Source of the DNA: a candidate division FCPU426 bacterium | Lineage (GTDB): Bacteria > Oederibacteriota > Muellerivitia > Muellerivitales > Muellerivitaceae | DNA length: 64,000 bases | Assembly: GCA_963719085.1 (NCBI GenBank) | Contig: CAVRAL010000001.1 | Coordinates: forward strand, 116,373-180,372 | Direction of reading: 5' to 3' | Shown here: positions 49,465-59,038 of the stretch, one piece after another | Layout of the letters: each line of letters opens with the position of its first letter | How positions within the stretch are numbered: the stretch's first letter is position 1 | Made by a program: the position numbers and the translations under genes | The notes under the pieces: model-generated | What the model was told of the DNA's origin: nothing | Seen by the model: only the letters and a program-made list of their open reading frames with translations | Database searches by the model: none

Positions 49465-50334
49465 ATGCTCAAGCAACTCAAAGACTGGTCCAACCTGATT
49501 GTTTTGTCCCATTCGGTTTTCGCCCTGCCTTTCGCTTTGGCGAGCCTTTTGGTGGCGACCCGTCATCAACCTTCCGGGCATCTGACCTTGCTGGTTATTT
49601 TGGCCATGTTTTTCGCCCGCACCGCCGCGATGGCCTACAACCGGGTCGTGGACGCGGATATGGACGCCTTAAATCCCCGGACCCAGAACCGGGAAATCCC
49701 CTCAGGCAAAATTTCAAAGATACACGTTTTGATATTGACCTGGCTGTCCGCCGCCGGCTTTTTGGCCGCCTGTTATTTCATTGGGGGATTGGCGTTTAAA
49801 TTGTCACCGCTGGCTCTTTTCATCATCTTTTTTTATTCCCAAACCAAGCGCTATACCTGGCTTTGTCACCTGGTCTTAGGGCTGGCTTTGGGGCTGGCGC
49901 CCATGGGGGCTTGGATCGCCGCCCGGGGAACGATTGACGCCGCGCCCTTTTTTCTTTTACTGGGTGTGCTTTGTTTCGTGGCGGGCTTTGACATTCTTTA
50001 CGCCATCAAGGACGTGGCCTTTGACAAAACCCATGGGCTTCATTCCTGGCCGGAGCGTTGGGGCATTCGCTCCAGTTTGAGGGCGTCTCGAATTCTGCAT
50101 TTCGCCATGTTGGGATTTCTGGCCGGTTTCGGGGTTCTGGCGCAGTTAAGCCCCATTTATATTTACGGGCTTACCTTGATCGGCGTTTTCCTGATTTATC
50201 AGCATTCGAGAATTTTCACCTATGAACGGGACCGTAAAAGCGGGGAGTTCGTCCTGCCCATCGACGTTTTGAGCTTGAACGGATGGGTTTCGGTTATTTT
50301 CCTCGTCATCGTGGGAGCGAGCCTATGGTTTTAA
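49465..50334 (+). CDS. UbiA-family polyprenyltransferase (MqnP-like)
   Basis: HSVFALPFA, ARTAAMAYNRVVDADMDALNPRT, GFDILYA..D. Confidence 0.94.
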   Translation: MLKQLKDWSNLIVLSHSVFALPFALASLLVATRHQPSGHLTLLVILAMFFARTAAMAYNRVVDADMDALNPRTQNREIPSGKISKIHVLILTWLSAAGFLAACYFIGGLAFKLSPLALFIIFFYSQTKRYTWLCHLVLGLALGLAPMGAWIAARGTIDAAPFFLLLGVLCFVAGFDILYAIKDVAFDKTHGLHSWPERWGIRSSLRASRILHFAMLGFLAGFGVLAQLSPIYIYGLTLIGVFLIYQHSRIFTYERDRKSGEFVLPIDVLSLNGWVSVIFLVIVGASLWF

Positions 50335-51446
50335 AGAAATCCATCCAACAGTCGCCGATCCGGGACCTTTACGAAAAGGTCGAGGCGGGAACCCGTATTA
50401 CGGACGCGGACGCCTTGCGTCTTTTCGAGACCAATGATCTTTACACCCTGGGCGCCATGGCCAATCTGGTCCGCGAGCGCAAAAACGGCAATAACACCTA
50501 CTACAACATCAACCGCCACATCGATTACACCAATGTTTGTTCCACGTCCTGTAAGTTTTGCGCCTTCTCCCGCTTTGAGGGGGAAGAAGGGGCTTTTGAG
50601 TTCACCCACCAACAGATCGTCCAAAAGGCCAAAGAGGCGGTTGAGAAGGAACACATCACCGAGCTTCACATCGTGGGCGGGCTTCACCCGACTTATGAGC
50701 TGGAATGGTACGAGCAAATGCTGAGCCTGTTGAAAAAGAACGTCCCCACCGTGCATTTGAAATGTTTCACGGGCGTTGAGATTAATTTTTTCGCCGATAA
50801 ATACAATATGAGCTACGAGCAGATATTGACCCGTTTAAAGGCCGCGGGATTGGACTCCATGCCCGGCGGCGGCGCCGAGATTTTTCATCCCGAGGTCCGC
50901 GAGGAAATTTGCCCCGAGAAGGCCACCGCGGACCAATGGATCGCGGTTCACCGTACGGCCCATAAGCTGGGCCTCAAGACCAACGCCACCATGCTTTACG
51001 GCCATATTGAGAAATACCACCACCGCGTGGACCATATGAGGCGCCTGCGGGAGCTGCAGGATGAAACCGGCGGGTTCCAGACCTTTATCCCCCTGGCCTT
51101 TCACCCCGACCATACGGCCATGGATCATTTCGCGCGGCCCAGCGGCATGGAAGACTTGAAGACCCTGGCGATCGGCCGGGTTTACCTGGATAATTTCCCT
51201 CATATCAAAGCCTACTGGATCATGCTGGGCATCCGGTTGGCGCAGTTGTCGCTTTCCTATGGGGTGGATGACGTGGATGGAACCGTGATTGAGGAAAAGA
51301 TTTACCACATGGCCGGCGCCGATACGCCGGAGATTATGACGGTCGAGGCTTTGCGGGCCGTGATTCGGGAAGCGGGCCGGATGCCCGTGGAACGGGACAC
51401 GCTTTATCGGGAACTGAAGCCCATGCCGGAAACGGCTGTAGTCTAA
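50325..51446 (+). CDS. mqnE: aminofutalosine synthase (radical SAM)
   Basis: CxxxCxxC, PGGGAEIF, TMLYGHIE, HIKAYWIM, IYHMAG. Confidence 0.92.
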   Translation: MVLKKSIQQSPIRDLYEKVEAGTRITDADALRLFETNDLYTLGAMANLVRERKNGNNTYYNINRHIDYTNVCSTSCKFCAFSRFEGEEGAFEFTHQQIVQKAKEAVEKEHITELHIVGGLHPTYELEWYEQMLSLLKKNVPTVHLKCFTGVEINFFADKYNMSYEQILTRLKAAGLDSMPGGGAEIFHPEVREEICPEKATADQWIAVHRTAHKLGLKTNATMLYGHIEKYHHRVDHMRRLRELQDETGGFQTFIPLAFHPDHTAMDHFARPSGMEDLKTLAIGRVYLDNFPHIKAYWIMLGIRLAQLSLSYGVDDVDGTVIEEKIYHMAGADTPEIMTVEALRAVIREAGRMPVERDTLYRELKPMPETAVV

Positions 51447-51451
51447 AAGGC

Positions 51452-51545
51452 TTTTACCGCCAAGACGCCAAGGAAGTCTTTTGGGGAAAAAATAATCGAC
51501 GTTCAAAGTTTTTCTTGGTGTCTTTGTGTCTTGGTGGTGAACAGG
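51452..51545. repeat. intergenic hairpin element with chimeric arms (CGCCAAG left, CACCAAG-type right)
   Basis: TTTACCGCCAAGACGCCAAGG ... CTTGGTGTCTTTGTGTCTTGGTGGTGAACAG. Confidence 0.85.
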
Positions 51546-51582
51546 TGTAGGTGATTACTTTAATCTGCTCAAAGAGGAAATT

Positions 51583-52437
51583 ATGTCTGAAACAACCCTA
51601 ACACCGCCCCCCGCTGATTCCACCGTGCCGGCCGCGGCCCCGGTTGTCGTTGAAGCCCCTCCCGCTAGAAAAAATGTCCGGTCCCGAAAAATCGGAGTGG
51701 TGCCATTCTTAAACGCCCAGCCCCTGATTTGGGGTTTGGCCCAGATCCATCAATTATCCCAAGTGGCGCCCAACGCCATGGGGAAGGCTTTAAAAGAAGG
51801 GTCGCTCGACATCGCTTTGGCTCCCATCGCGGCCAGCTTTCTCAATCCTGAACTGGTGATCGTTCCCGCGGGAGCCATCGGCTCCAAGGGCGCGGTTAAA
51901 AGCGTGAGGCTATTAGTCAATGGCGCACCCCAATCCATCCGCCGCTTGTTCGTGGATGACCGCTCTCAAACGTCCGTGCTGCTGTCCCGTTTAATCCTGA
52001 AGCGCTGGTTTGGCGTGAAGGATTTGGAGGTGAAGCCCGTGGACATGAAAAGCTTTCACCCCGGCCAGACCAAGCCCTGGGAAGCGACCCTGGAATTCGG
52101 GGACAAGGCCCTGACCGCGGCTCCCTCGGGCATGACGGTACTTGATTTAGGGGAAGAATGGTCCCGTTATACGGGCCAGCCTTTTGTCTTCGCTGTTTGG
52201 ATGGCGCGAAATCAGGAAATCGCGGCGGAGTTGAAGGAACAGTTGGAAGAAGCGAAAGCCCAGGGGCTCCAGCACCTGGAAGAAATCACCAATCAATATC
52301 AAGGGATCTGGCAGTTCAAACGCGTGGACGCCAAGGCCTACTTGGAAAAAAGCATCGATTATAACTATGGCCCGGCCGAGCAACAGGGCCACGCTGAATT
52401 TCAGCGGCTATTAAAAGAAGAGGGGCTCCTATCATGA
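51583..52437 (+). CDS. mqnA: chorismate dehydratase
   Basis: VPFLNAQPL, GAVKSV, SQTS, DLGEEW...TG.PFVFAVW; lies between mqnE and mqnC. Confidence 0.9.
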   Translation: MSETTLTPPPADSTVPAAAPVVVEAPPARKNVRSRKIGVVPFLNAQPLIWGLAQIHQLSQVAPNAMGKALKEGSLDIALAPIAASFLNPELVIVPAGAIGSKGAVKSVRLLVNGAPQSIRRLFVDDRSQTSVLLSRLILKRWFGVKDLEVKPVDMKSFHPGQTKPWEATLEFGDKALTAAPSGMTVLDLGEEWSRYTGQPFVFAVWMARNQEIAAELKEQLEEAKAQGLQHLEEITNQYQGIWQFKRVDAKAYLEKSIDYNYGPAEQQGHAEFQRLLKEEGLLS

Positions 52438-53507
52438 CCACGGCTTCCCTGGAAACGCTGCAAGAAAAAATTCTCGACGGCCATGTGGTGAACCGGCAGG
52501 AAGCGCTGGAACTTTACCAGCAATCCAGCTTGAACGACTTGGGATCCATCGCCGACACGCTGAAGGTGCGGTCCCGGGGCGATAAGATCGCCACTTATTT
52601 GATCGACCGCAACATCAATTACACCAATGTTTGCGTGACGGTTTGCAAATTTTGCGCTTTTTACCGGGAGCCCGGCCATAACGAGGGTTACGTCCATGAG
52701 GCCGACAAGATTCTGCATAAAATCGCCGAGGCCAAGGAAAAGGGCTGTACCCAGATTCTTTTGCAAGGCGGGCACCATCCGGACCTGACGCTGGACTGGT
52801 ACCTGAACATGCTCTCCAAGATTAAAACCACCCATCCGGACGTCACCCTGCACGCTTTTTCGCCCTCGGAATTGGTCCATTTCGCCGAGACTTTCCGGAT
52901 GCCGGTAAAAGAAATTTTGATCAAGTTCCGCGAGGCGGGCATGGATTCCATGCCGGGCGGCGGGGCTGAGATTTTGGTCGACCGGGTCCGCAAAGAAATC
53001 GCGCCGCTCAAGGCCTCCACGGACGAATGGTTGAACGTGATGCGGGACCTGCACGCGCTGGGCATGAAATCAACCGCCACCATGATGTTCGGCCACGTGG
53101 AAACCGTGGAAGAACGGGTGGAGCATATTTTCAGGGTCCGCGAGGTGCAGGAAGAAACCGGCGGCTTTTTAGGGTTCATTCCCTGGCTTTACCAGCCGGG
53201 CAACGAAAGCTTGGGGCTCAAGAGCGCCAGCGGCATGGAATATTTAAAAACCCTGGCCTTGGCCCGGGTGATTTTGAACCACTGCCTGCCGAACCTTCAG
53301 GCTTCCTGGGTGACGCCGGGCAAAAAGATCGGCCAATTGGGCCTCAAATACGGCGCCAACGATTTGGGAAGCATCATGTTGGAGGAAAACGTGGTCGCGT
53401 CCACGGGCTTGCGGTACCTGATGAGCGTTGAGGAAATGCGCCGCCTGATCACCGAAATGGGTTATGAACCGCACCAGCGGGATACTTTTTATAACCTGGT
53501 GAACTAA
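52434..53507 (+). CDS. mqnC: cyclic dehypoxanthinyl futalosine synthase (radical SAM)
   Basis: DRNINYTNVC..C.FC, LLQGGHHP, TATMMFGH, QASWVT, GS.MLEENVV. Confidence 0.93.
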   Translation: MTTASLETLQEKILDGHVVNRQEALELYQQSSLNDLGSIADTLKVRSRGDKIATYLIDRNINYTNVCVTVCKFCAFYREPGHNEGYVHEADKILHKIAEAKEKGCTQILLQGGHHPDLTLDWYLNMLSKIKTTHPDVTLHAFSPSELVHFAETFRMPVKEILIKFREAGMDSMPGGGAEILVDRVRKEIAPLKASTDEWLNVMRDLHALGMKSTATMMFGHVETVEERVEHIFRVREVQEETGGFLGFIPWLYQPGNESLGLKSASGMEYLKTLALARVILNHCLPNLQASWVTPGKKIGQLGLKYGANDLGSIMLEENVVASTGLRYLMSVEEMRRLITEMGYEPHQRDTFYNLVN

Positions 53508-53511
53508 GGCC

Positions 53512-53898
53512 ATGAAAATCCGGGGCGTCGACCTCATCGCCTTCCATGTGGCGGACCTCAACGAGGGGACCCGTTATTACGAGAACCTGGGATTTCAAGT
53601 TCAGTTTAGATCCAATGAACTGGGCGTCACGGTTTTCCTTTTGGGGACGGATTTTCCCAAACTGCTGGTGACCACCGAGCCTCCGCCCGTTCCCGGGAAG
53701 GGAACCTCCCGGCTTTGGTTGGAGGTGGAGGATGTCACGGCCTTGCTGCCCGAGTTGAAAGCCAAAACCGCCCAGTTCGTCCGGGAGCCCCTGCTCATCG
53801 CCACGGGTTGGCTCGTTGAGACCGCGGATCCCTGGGGCAACGTGATGAGCTTTCGCGACTACACCGCCCAACCCGATTACGGCCGCCCGAAGAAGTAA
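53512..53898 (+). CDS. VOC/glyoxalase-family protein
   Basis: IAFHVADL....YY..LGF; DPWGN. Confidence 0.85.
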   Translation: MKIRGVDLIAFHVADLNEGTRYYENLGFQVQFRSNELGVTVFLLGTDFPKLLVTTEPPPVPGKGTSRLWLEVEDVTALLPELKAKTAQFVREPLLIATGWLVETADPWGNVMSFRDYTAQPDYGRPKK

Positions 53899-53909
53899 AC
53901 GAAAACGAA

Positions 53910-53989
53910 TGAAACAATGATGAAAACTGATAACGGCTGATATTTTAAACATGAGAAATCAGCCGTTATCAGTCCATGGCAATGTTTCA
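53910..53989. repeat. intergenic hairpin element with tandem-unit arms (CTGAT subtype)
   Basis: Perfect 16-bp ACTGATAACGGCTGAT/ATCAGCCGTTATCAGT plus outer TGAAACA/TGTTTCA; shares AACAATGAT with the 41468 copy. Confidence 0.8.
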
Positions 53990-54044
53990 AATGATTTTTT
54001 CAGCGCGAAGGGAATGATTTTAAAATGAAAAAGGAAAAAAATAC

Positions 54045-54437
54045 GTGAAAGATTACAACGAAAGCCACGCCAAATCCGGGATCAAGATCAAGCTGCCCAT
54101 CGTGGAAACTTTTCCCAACCAATATCCGGGCTATACCATCCGCATCGAGATTCCCGAATACACGGCGGTCTGCCCGAAAACCGGCCTGCCCGACTTTGGA
54201 ACCATTATTTTGGAATACGAGCCCGTGAAGAGTGTTCTGGAACTCAAGTCACTCAAGGGCTATATCCTGGCCTACCGCAATATCGGTATCTTTTATGAGA
54301 ACGCGGTGAACCGCATGCTCCGGGATTTCACCTCGGCCGCCAAGCCCAAATGGTGCCGGGTCACCGGCGTTTTCGCCACCCGGGGCGGCATGCATTCCAC
54401 CATTACGGCTACTTCCGGCCGAGTCCCGAAGGCTTAA
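54045..54437 (+). CDS. queF: NADPH-dependent 7-cyano-7-deazaguanine reductase
   Basis: PEYTAVCPKTGLPDFG, ELKSLKGY, RGGM. Confidence 0.95.
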   Translation: MKDYNESHAKSGIKIKLPIVETFPNQYPGYTIRIEIPEYTAVCPKTGLPDFGTIILEYEPVKSVLELKSLKGYILAYRNIGIFYENAVNRMLRDFTSAAKPKWCRVTGVFATRGGMHSTITATSGRVPKA

Positions 54438-54495
54438 TCGGCCGCAGCCCCCTAAGGGCTGGCTCGAGCGTCTAAACCCTCAAGGTACGCCTTTT

Positions 54496-54553
54496 CCCAA
54501 GCCGAGCTTGGACCATGCCCAAGCCGAGCTTGGACCCCACAGCCCAAGCTGAG
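54496..54553. repeat. tandem palindromic direct repeat
   Basis: CCCAAGCCGAGCTTGGACC twice plus partial CCCAAGCTGAG. Confidence 0.75.
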
Positions 54554-54673
54554 GGATGGTGTCTGGGATGAGGCCCGGTCTGCGACCAGGCCCCAAGTTT
54601 TACTTTAAATGAACATGAAGCTTTTTTTGTTTTGTGTATAATCCCCCCCAACTTTCGCAAGGAGCAACCCAAG

Positions 54674-55572
54674 ATGGCAATCAAGACCGAATGGACCACG
54701 GATACCTTTGGCCATGTTTATAAAGGCCGTTCCCTTTACCGGGGCCAGACCCCTTTCCAGTCCATGGAGATTTTCGAGAACGAGACTTTCGGAACCCTAT
54801 TGTTTCTGGACGGCAAGATCCAGATCAGCCGCGGCGATGAGAACCGCTACCACCAATACCTGGTCTCGGCGCCGCTTTTAGCGCATAAAAACCCTGAAAG
54901 CATCTGCATCATCGGCGGCGGGGATTGTTTCGCCATCGAGGAAGCGGTCAAGTTTAAGGGGTTGAAGCGGATTTTGATGGTGGAGATCGACAAGGGTGTG
55001 GTGGATTTTTGCCGCAAGCACTATCCCGAGATTGAGAAATGCCTGAAGGACAAACGGGTTGAGATTATTTACGAGGACGCCCGCAAGTGGCTGGAGAATA
55101 AGCCCGAGACTTTCGACGTGCTTATCATCGACCTCACCGAGCCCCACGGGCCGTCCAAGATGCTTTACACGCAGGAATTTTATAAAACTTGTAAAGGGAA
55201 GCTGAATCCCAAGGGCCTGATCGCGATCCATACGGACAACTATTATTTGTTCCCCGAATCCTTCGCCACCATCTATAAAACCTTCCACTCGGTTTTTCCC
55301 AATATCCTCACCGCCCGGGTGGACATGCCTTGCTTTGGGATGGGATGGACCTACCGGATGGCGTCATCCGCCCCGATCTCGATCAAAACGATGGAGTCCA
55401 ACATTCAAAAAATGAGAAAGAAGGGCGTTACGTTTGACTATTTAACGCCGTCTCTTTTTTGGTCCAGCCGACGAACGAGGAACTGAAGGTTTTGAAAACC
55501 AAAGGACGGCTCTCGACGGACCGAAAGCCCTACGATAAATTCGAGAAGATGAAGGAATACGTGACGAAGTAG
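54674..55572 (+). CDS. speE: polyamine aminopropyltransferase (spermidine synthase-like) with apparent frameshift in T6 at 55455-55460
   Basis: FGTLLFLDG, IIGGGD, MVEID, IIDLTEP; in-frame stop at 55486, but adding one T gives ..FLVQPTNEELKVLKTKGRLSTDRKPY..VTK stop 55572. Confidence 0.85.
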
Positions 55573-55747
55573 AAACATCGAAGGCAATTGGCATTGATGA
55601 ACGCGGGTTTTAAGGTCGAAAAATCAGAGATTGAGGGAAGTCATCGGCATTTATCCGCGTGCGCGCCGCTCTTCCATATAGGAGTTAAGAGAGAGCGGCA
55701 TTGTCCCGGGACTCCTTAACTTCTCGTGGGGTCCCGGGGCATCATTG

Positions 55748-57061
55748 CTAAATTTTGTTCGCGCTTAATCCCCGCAGGTAGGTTTCCACGTCCCGGTAGA
55801 TGTTGTCGACGTCTAACACCTCAAAACATCTTACCTTTTGGCAGGTCTTGGCCATCTTGTTGACGCACGTAATATTGCGGCAGGGGCTTTCGGAGACATA
55901 GGTCCTCGAAATAACGTCCTGGTTCGCCGGCGGAAACAAGGGGTCGGTGGAGTCGTATCCCGACATCCGGGGCGGGGTGGCGCCGAAGACCGAAATCACG
56001 AAAGTTTTATTCCGGAATTTAACATTTCCCGACTTGGAGACTTTCCGGGCGGCCGCCATATGCAGGGGCCCTGTGTCGCCGGAGAGAAAAACGTCGGTAA
56101 AGTCGATGAGGGCGCAATAGCCGTCGATTGAAAGTCCCGTGGGGACGATAACCACCTTCTTTTTCTCGTCCTCGCTCAAACCTTCCCAAAGCCGCTTTTC
56201 AATATCTTTGGCCGTGAAGGCTGCTCCCAATAAAACCGACAGATCCATTTGCGCGAAATGCTTTAGGATCGCCAATTGATAATCAAAGGGGATGCGGGTG
56301 AAGGGGGAAGCGGTGTCGGGGTTCAGGAAAAAGATGGGTTTATCCAAAGCGATCCCGTTGGACTTCAAAAAGTCCTTGGCTTCCTCAAAGGATTTATCCG
56401 AAAGGGTCAAGGGAACGCCGGTAAAGGCGTCGGTTCTTTGGGGTTTTCCAAGGCTTGAAAGCAATTTGTGGGGAAATTCGTAGGATTGAAACAAAAAGTG
56501 ATTGATCCCGGTCTGGTCGATGTCGTTGCGCACCAATTGGGGAGCCACGGTCATAAAATTCATGATGGCTTGGCCTTCGGGAAAAAGGCGGCTGTTTTCG
56601 AAAAAGGGACTGCAATTAAAGCAAAGGTCATAGTGGTTTTCCGCCACCAGTTTTTGCACTTCCGCCACATCGGCCGCGTTGGGATAGGGCGCTCCCGTAA
56701 AGACCGGATAAAGGTTGGAAATGTCGGGATTTCCCTCAATCAAGCAGGCGATCGACTTTTTAATGACGTAGTCGATCCGGGCGGTGGGGAAAAAGTCGCG
56801 GAAGGCGCTGACGGCGGCCTGCATCATGATGGCGTCGCCGATATGGACGTCGGGGATGACGAGAATTCGCTCGAATTTTTTAACTTTTTGGATGGCCTGA
56901 AGGTTTTTCCTCAGGGTGTGGTTGACCAAAAGCCGGTTACCCACGATGGGCGTCAAGGTATGGTTAAAAAACCAGGCCCCTGATCGGGGAAACCAAGTGG
57001 TGACCAGGCTGGTGAGGTGAAACAGGGTCTTCTGCAGCTTGTTGTCGAGCATTGTTCCCAT
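55748..57061 (-). CDS. glycosyltransferase family 9 (heptosyltransferase-like)
   Basis: HIGDAIM, SGDTGPLHMAAA, ISVFGAT, PCRNITC. Confidence 0.88.
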   Translation of the reverse strand: MGTMLDNKLQKTLFHLTSLVTTWFPRSGAWFFNHTLTPIVGNRLLVNHTLRKNLQAIQKVKKFERILVIPDVHIGDAIMMQAAVSAFRDFFPTARIDYVIKKSIACLIEGNPDISNLYPVFTGAPYPNAADVAEVQKLVAENHYDLCFNCSPFFENSRLFPEGQAIMNFMTVAPQLVRNDIDQTGINHFLFQSYEFPHKLLSSLGKPQRTDAFTGVPLTLSDKSFEEAKDFLKSNGIALDKPIFFLNPDTASPFTRIPFDYQLAILKHFAQMDLSVLLGAAFTAKDIEKRLWEGLSEDEKKKVVIVPTGLSIDGYCALIDFTDVFLSGDTGPLHMAAARKVSKSGNVKFRNKTFVISVFGATPPRMSGYDSTDPLFPPANQDVISRTYVSESPCRNITCVNKMAKTCQKVRCFEVLDVDNIYRDVETYLRGLSANKI

Positions 57062-57182
57062 GGGTTAAAAAGATGAAAGTCGACGGCTATTATCCCATTC
57101 CCCCTGCCGGGGTCAAGACTGGCTGGACAAGGTTCTGCGATTCCTTTTGAATCGACCCTTGAATTGCGTGTACCCTAGTCTT

Positions 57183-58430
57183 ATGCAACCACGTTTGGTT
57201 TTATTCGCCAAAACCCTTTTAACTTTGGACCGCTCGAAACCCATCGAGGATGGTTTTGTGCTGGTTCAAGGCAGCCGGATCCTGCAAGTGGGACGCCGGA
57301 AGGATTTTTATTCCCAGCCGCCGGTTCGCGCCCTGGATCTGGGCGACACGATTCTTTTGCCCGGCCTCATCAACGCCCATTGCCACTTGGACTTTACCGC
57401 CTTCAAGGGAAAGGTTCCTTTTAAGGGAAGCTTCCGCGAGTGGCTGAGGGAGATGGCGGGCAAGAGCCGGCTGGCCACAACGGCCGATTTTCACAAGTCG
57501 GTCAAATCCGGGATCCAGGAAAGCCTGGCCCATGGCACGACAACGCTTTGCGACATTTCCACCAGTGGGGAAAGTTTTAAATTGCTTCCCAAGTCGGGCC
57601 TGCGGGCCTTCGCTTTTTTGGAGCTTTTGGATGTGGCCCAGCCCAAGCCGGACGCGGTTTGGAAAAGCTTCCAAGAACGGATGAAGCGTTTGACTTCCGG
57701 GCTCCCGGATTCGGAAACATTCCGCTGGGGCATCGGCCCCCACACGCCTTTCACCGTTTCCAAGGAACTTCTTCTTTTGGCGGGCCGATACGTGGGCTCG
57801 CGGGCCCATTGTTTGACCACCCTGCATGTGGCGGAAAGCCGGGAAGAGTCCGTTTTTTTTAAGCGGGGAAAAGGCCCGATGGCGGATCGCATCAAGGTTT
57901 TAAACCCCGATTGGAACCTTCCCCACGGCACCACGCCGGTTCAATACTTAAACGAGTGCGGCTGGCTTCCTAAATTGGACCTGGCGGTCCATCTCAACGA
58001 AGTAGTGGAAAAGGACTTAAGGCTTCTGGCCAAGAACCGGGTAAGCGTTGTTCACTGCCCGGGGAGCCACGACTTTTTTAACCATTCCCGGTTTAAATTT
58101 GAAAAAATGCGCCGCTTGGGGATTCGAGTCTGCCTGGGGACGGATAGCTTGGCCAGCAACCGGTCTTTGTCCCTGTTCCGTGAAATGAGGCTTTTTCAAG
58201 GCGCGCACCCCAAGGTGGGTGCCGAGGAGATCCTTTCCATGGTGACGGTTAAACCGGCGCAGGCCTTAGGGGAGGGCCGTACCTTAGGGAGGATAAAACC
58301 GGGCTATTTCGCCGATCTCATCGGCATTCCGGCCCCGCGGCGGGGTCAAAAAGACCCCTATCAAGCCGTGATTCAAAACCAACGCCCCGTCACTTTTTCC
58401 ATGATTCATGGCCGCTTAAGGCTCCGCTAA
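57183..58430 (+). CDS. metal-dependent amidohydrolase, possibly aminodeoxyfutalosine deaminase
   Basis: LPGLINAHCHL, PHTPFTV, HVAES.EE, LGTDSLASN; near mqn genes (specificity inferred). Confidence 0.8.
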   Translation: MQPRLVLFAKTLLTLDRSKPIEDGFVLVQGSRILQVGRRKDFYSQPPVRALDLGDTILLPGLINAHCHLDFTAFKGKVPFKGSFREWLREMAGKSRLATTADFHKSVKSGIQESLAHGTTTLCDISTSGESFKLLPKSGLRAFAFLELLDVAQPKPDAVWKSFQERMKRLTSGLPDSETFRWGIGPHTPFTVSKELLLLAGRYVGSRAHCLTTLHVAESREESVFFKRGKGPMADRIKVLNPDWNLPHGTTPVQYLNECGWLPKLDLAVHLNEVVEKDLRLLAKNRVSVVHCPGSHDFFNHSRFKFEKMRRLGIRVCLGTDSLASNRSLSLFREMRLFQGAHPKVGAEEILSMVTVKPAQALGEGRTLGRIKPGYFADLIGIPAPRRGQKDPYQAVIQNQRPVTFSMIHGRLRLR

Positions 58431-58633
58431 AGGGCCCCTCTATTCCCTTATTTGGCCTATTTCTGGGATTTACCCAGTTAACTCCCTAAATCCATAAACC
58501 CCTTTAAATTAGGCCCTAAAAACTCACAGAAAGCTCCCTTTAAATAGCCTTAAATTTTTGGTCTAAAAGTCTTAAATAATCATTAAGTATGATGGAATGG
58601 AAGATAAAGAGTTACGTTTGTATACCCCATTGC

Positions 58634-58661
58634 TTGACATCAAAATACCTGTAATTATAAT
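58634..58661 (+). promoter_or_regulatory. consensus sigma70 promoter inside the element
   Basis: TTGACA-N16-TATAAT upstream of the 65-aa ORF. Confidence 0.75.
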
Positions 58662-58754
58662 GCCTGTTCTTTGACTCAGGCCAATTTTGGCATTTAGAAG
58701 TAACCTTTAATTTTTAATCTATAAAACAATCTGTTTAAGATTCTGGAGCTAAAC

Positions 58755-58952
58755 ATGAACGAAAAAGAACAGTTAGATCAAATCCAAAGTGAACTCAAAG
58801 CTCGTGGAGTTAAGGATGTGAAGTTTTTTGTTTCTACCACCGGAGAAGCTTCTACGAATAAAGTTGCCGCTGCTGCCGCAACTTTTCTTAGAGCAATCTT
58901 GGACGGAAAACGAACTCTCAAGAAAGAATTTGGGAGCAATAAATCCAAATAA
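58755..58952 (+). CDS. small hypothetical protein (65 aa)
   Basis: GGAG SD, upstream promoter, downstream terminator. Confidence 0.75.
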   Translation: MNEKEQLDQIQSELKARGVKDVKFFVSTTGEASTNKVAAAAATFLRAILDGKRTLKKEFGSNKSK

Positions 58953-58977
58953 GTTAGAACCCGTATCCTTGATATTG

Positions 58978-59010
58978 ATGGGCTCTTAAATGTAAGAGCC
59001 CATTTTTTTT
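58978..59010 (+). terminator. intrinsic terminator between orf65 and the IrrE-like gene
   Basis: ATGGGCTCTTA-AATG-TAAGAGCCCAT followed by T-run. Confidence 0.8.
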
Positions 59011-59038
59011 GTTTAAAATACCGTATTTGGGGCGTCCT

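Noticed and set aside
53899-54044. preQ1 riboswitch upstream of queF
   Set aside because: No recognisable preQ1 aptamer; the spacer is occupied by a CTGAT-type hairpin repeat.
54496-54553. Mini CRISPR array
   Set aside because: Only two full 19-bp repeats separated by 3 nt; no spacer-length intervals.
55590-55745. Eighth tandem-unit hairpin element after speE
   Set aside because: GATGAACGCGG...ATCGGCATTTATCCGCG is too degenerate to call; the adjacent GC hairpins are adequately explained as terminators between convergent genes.
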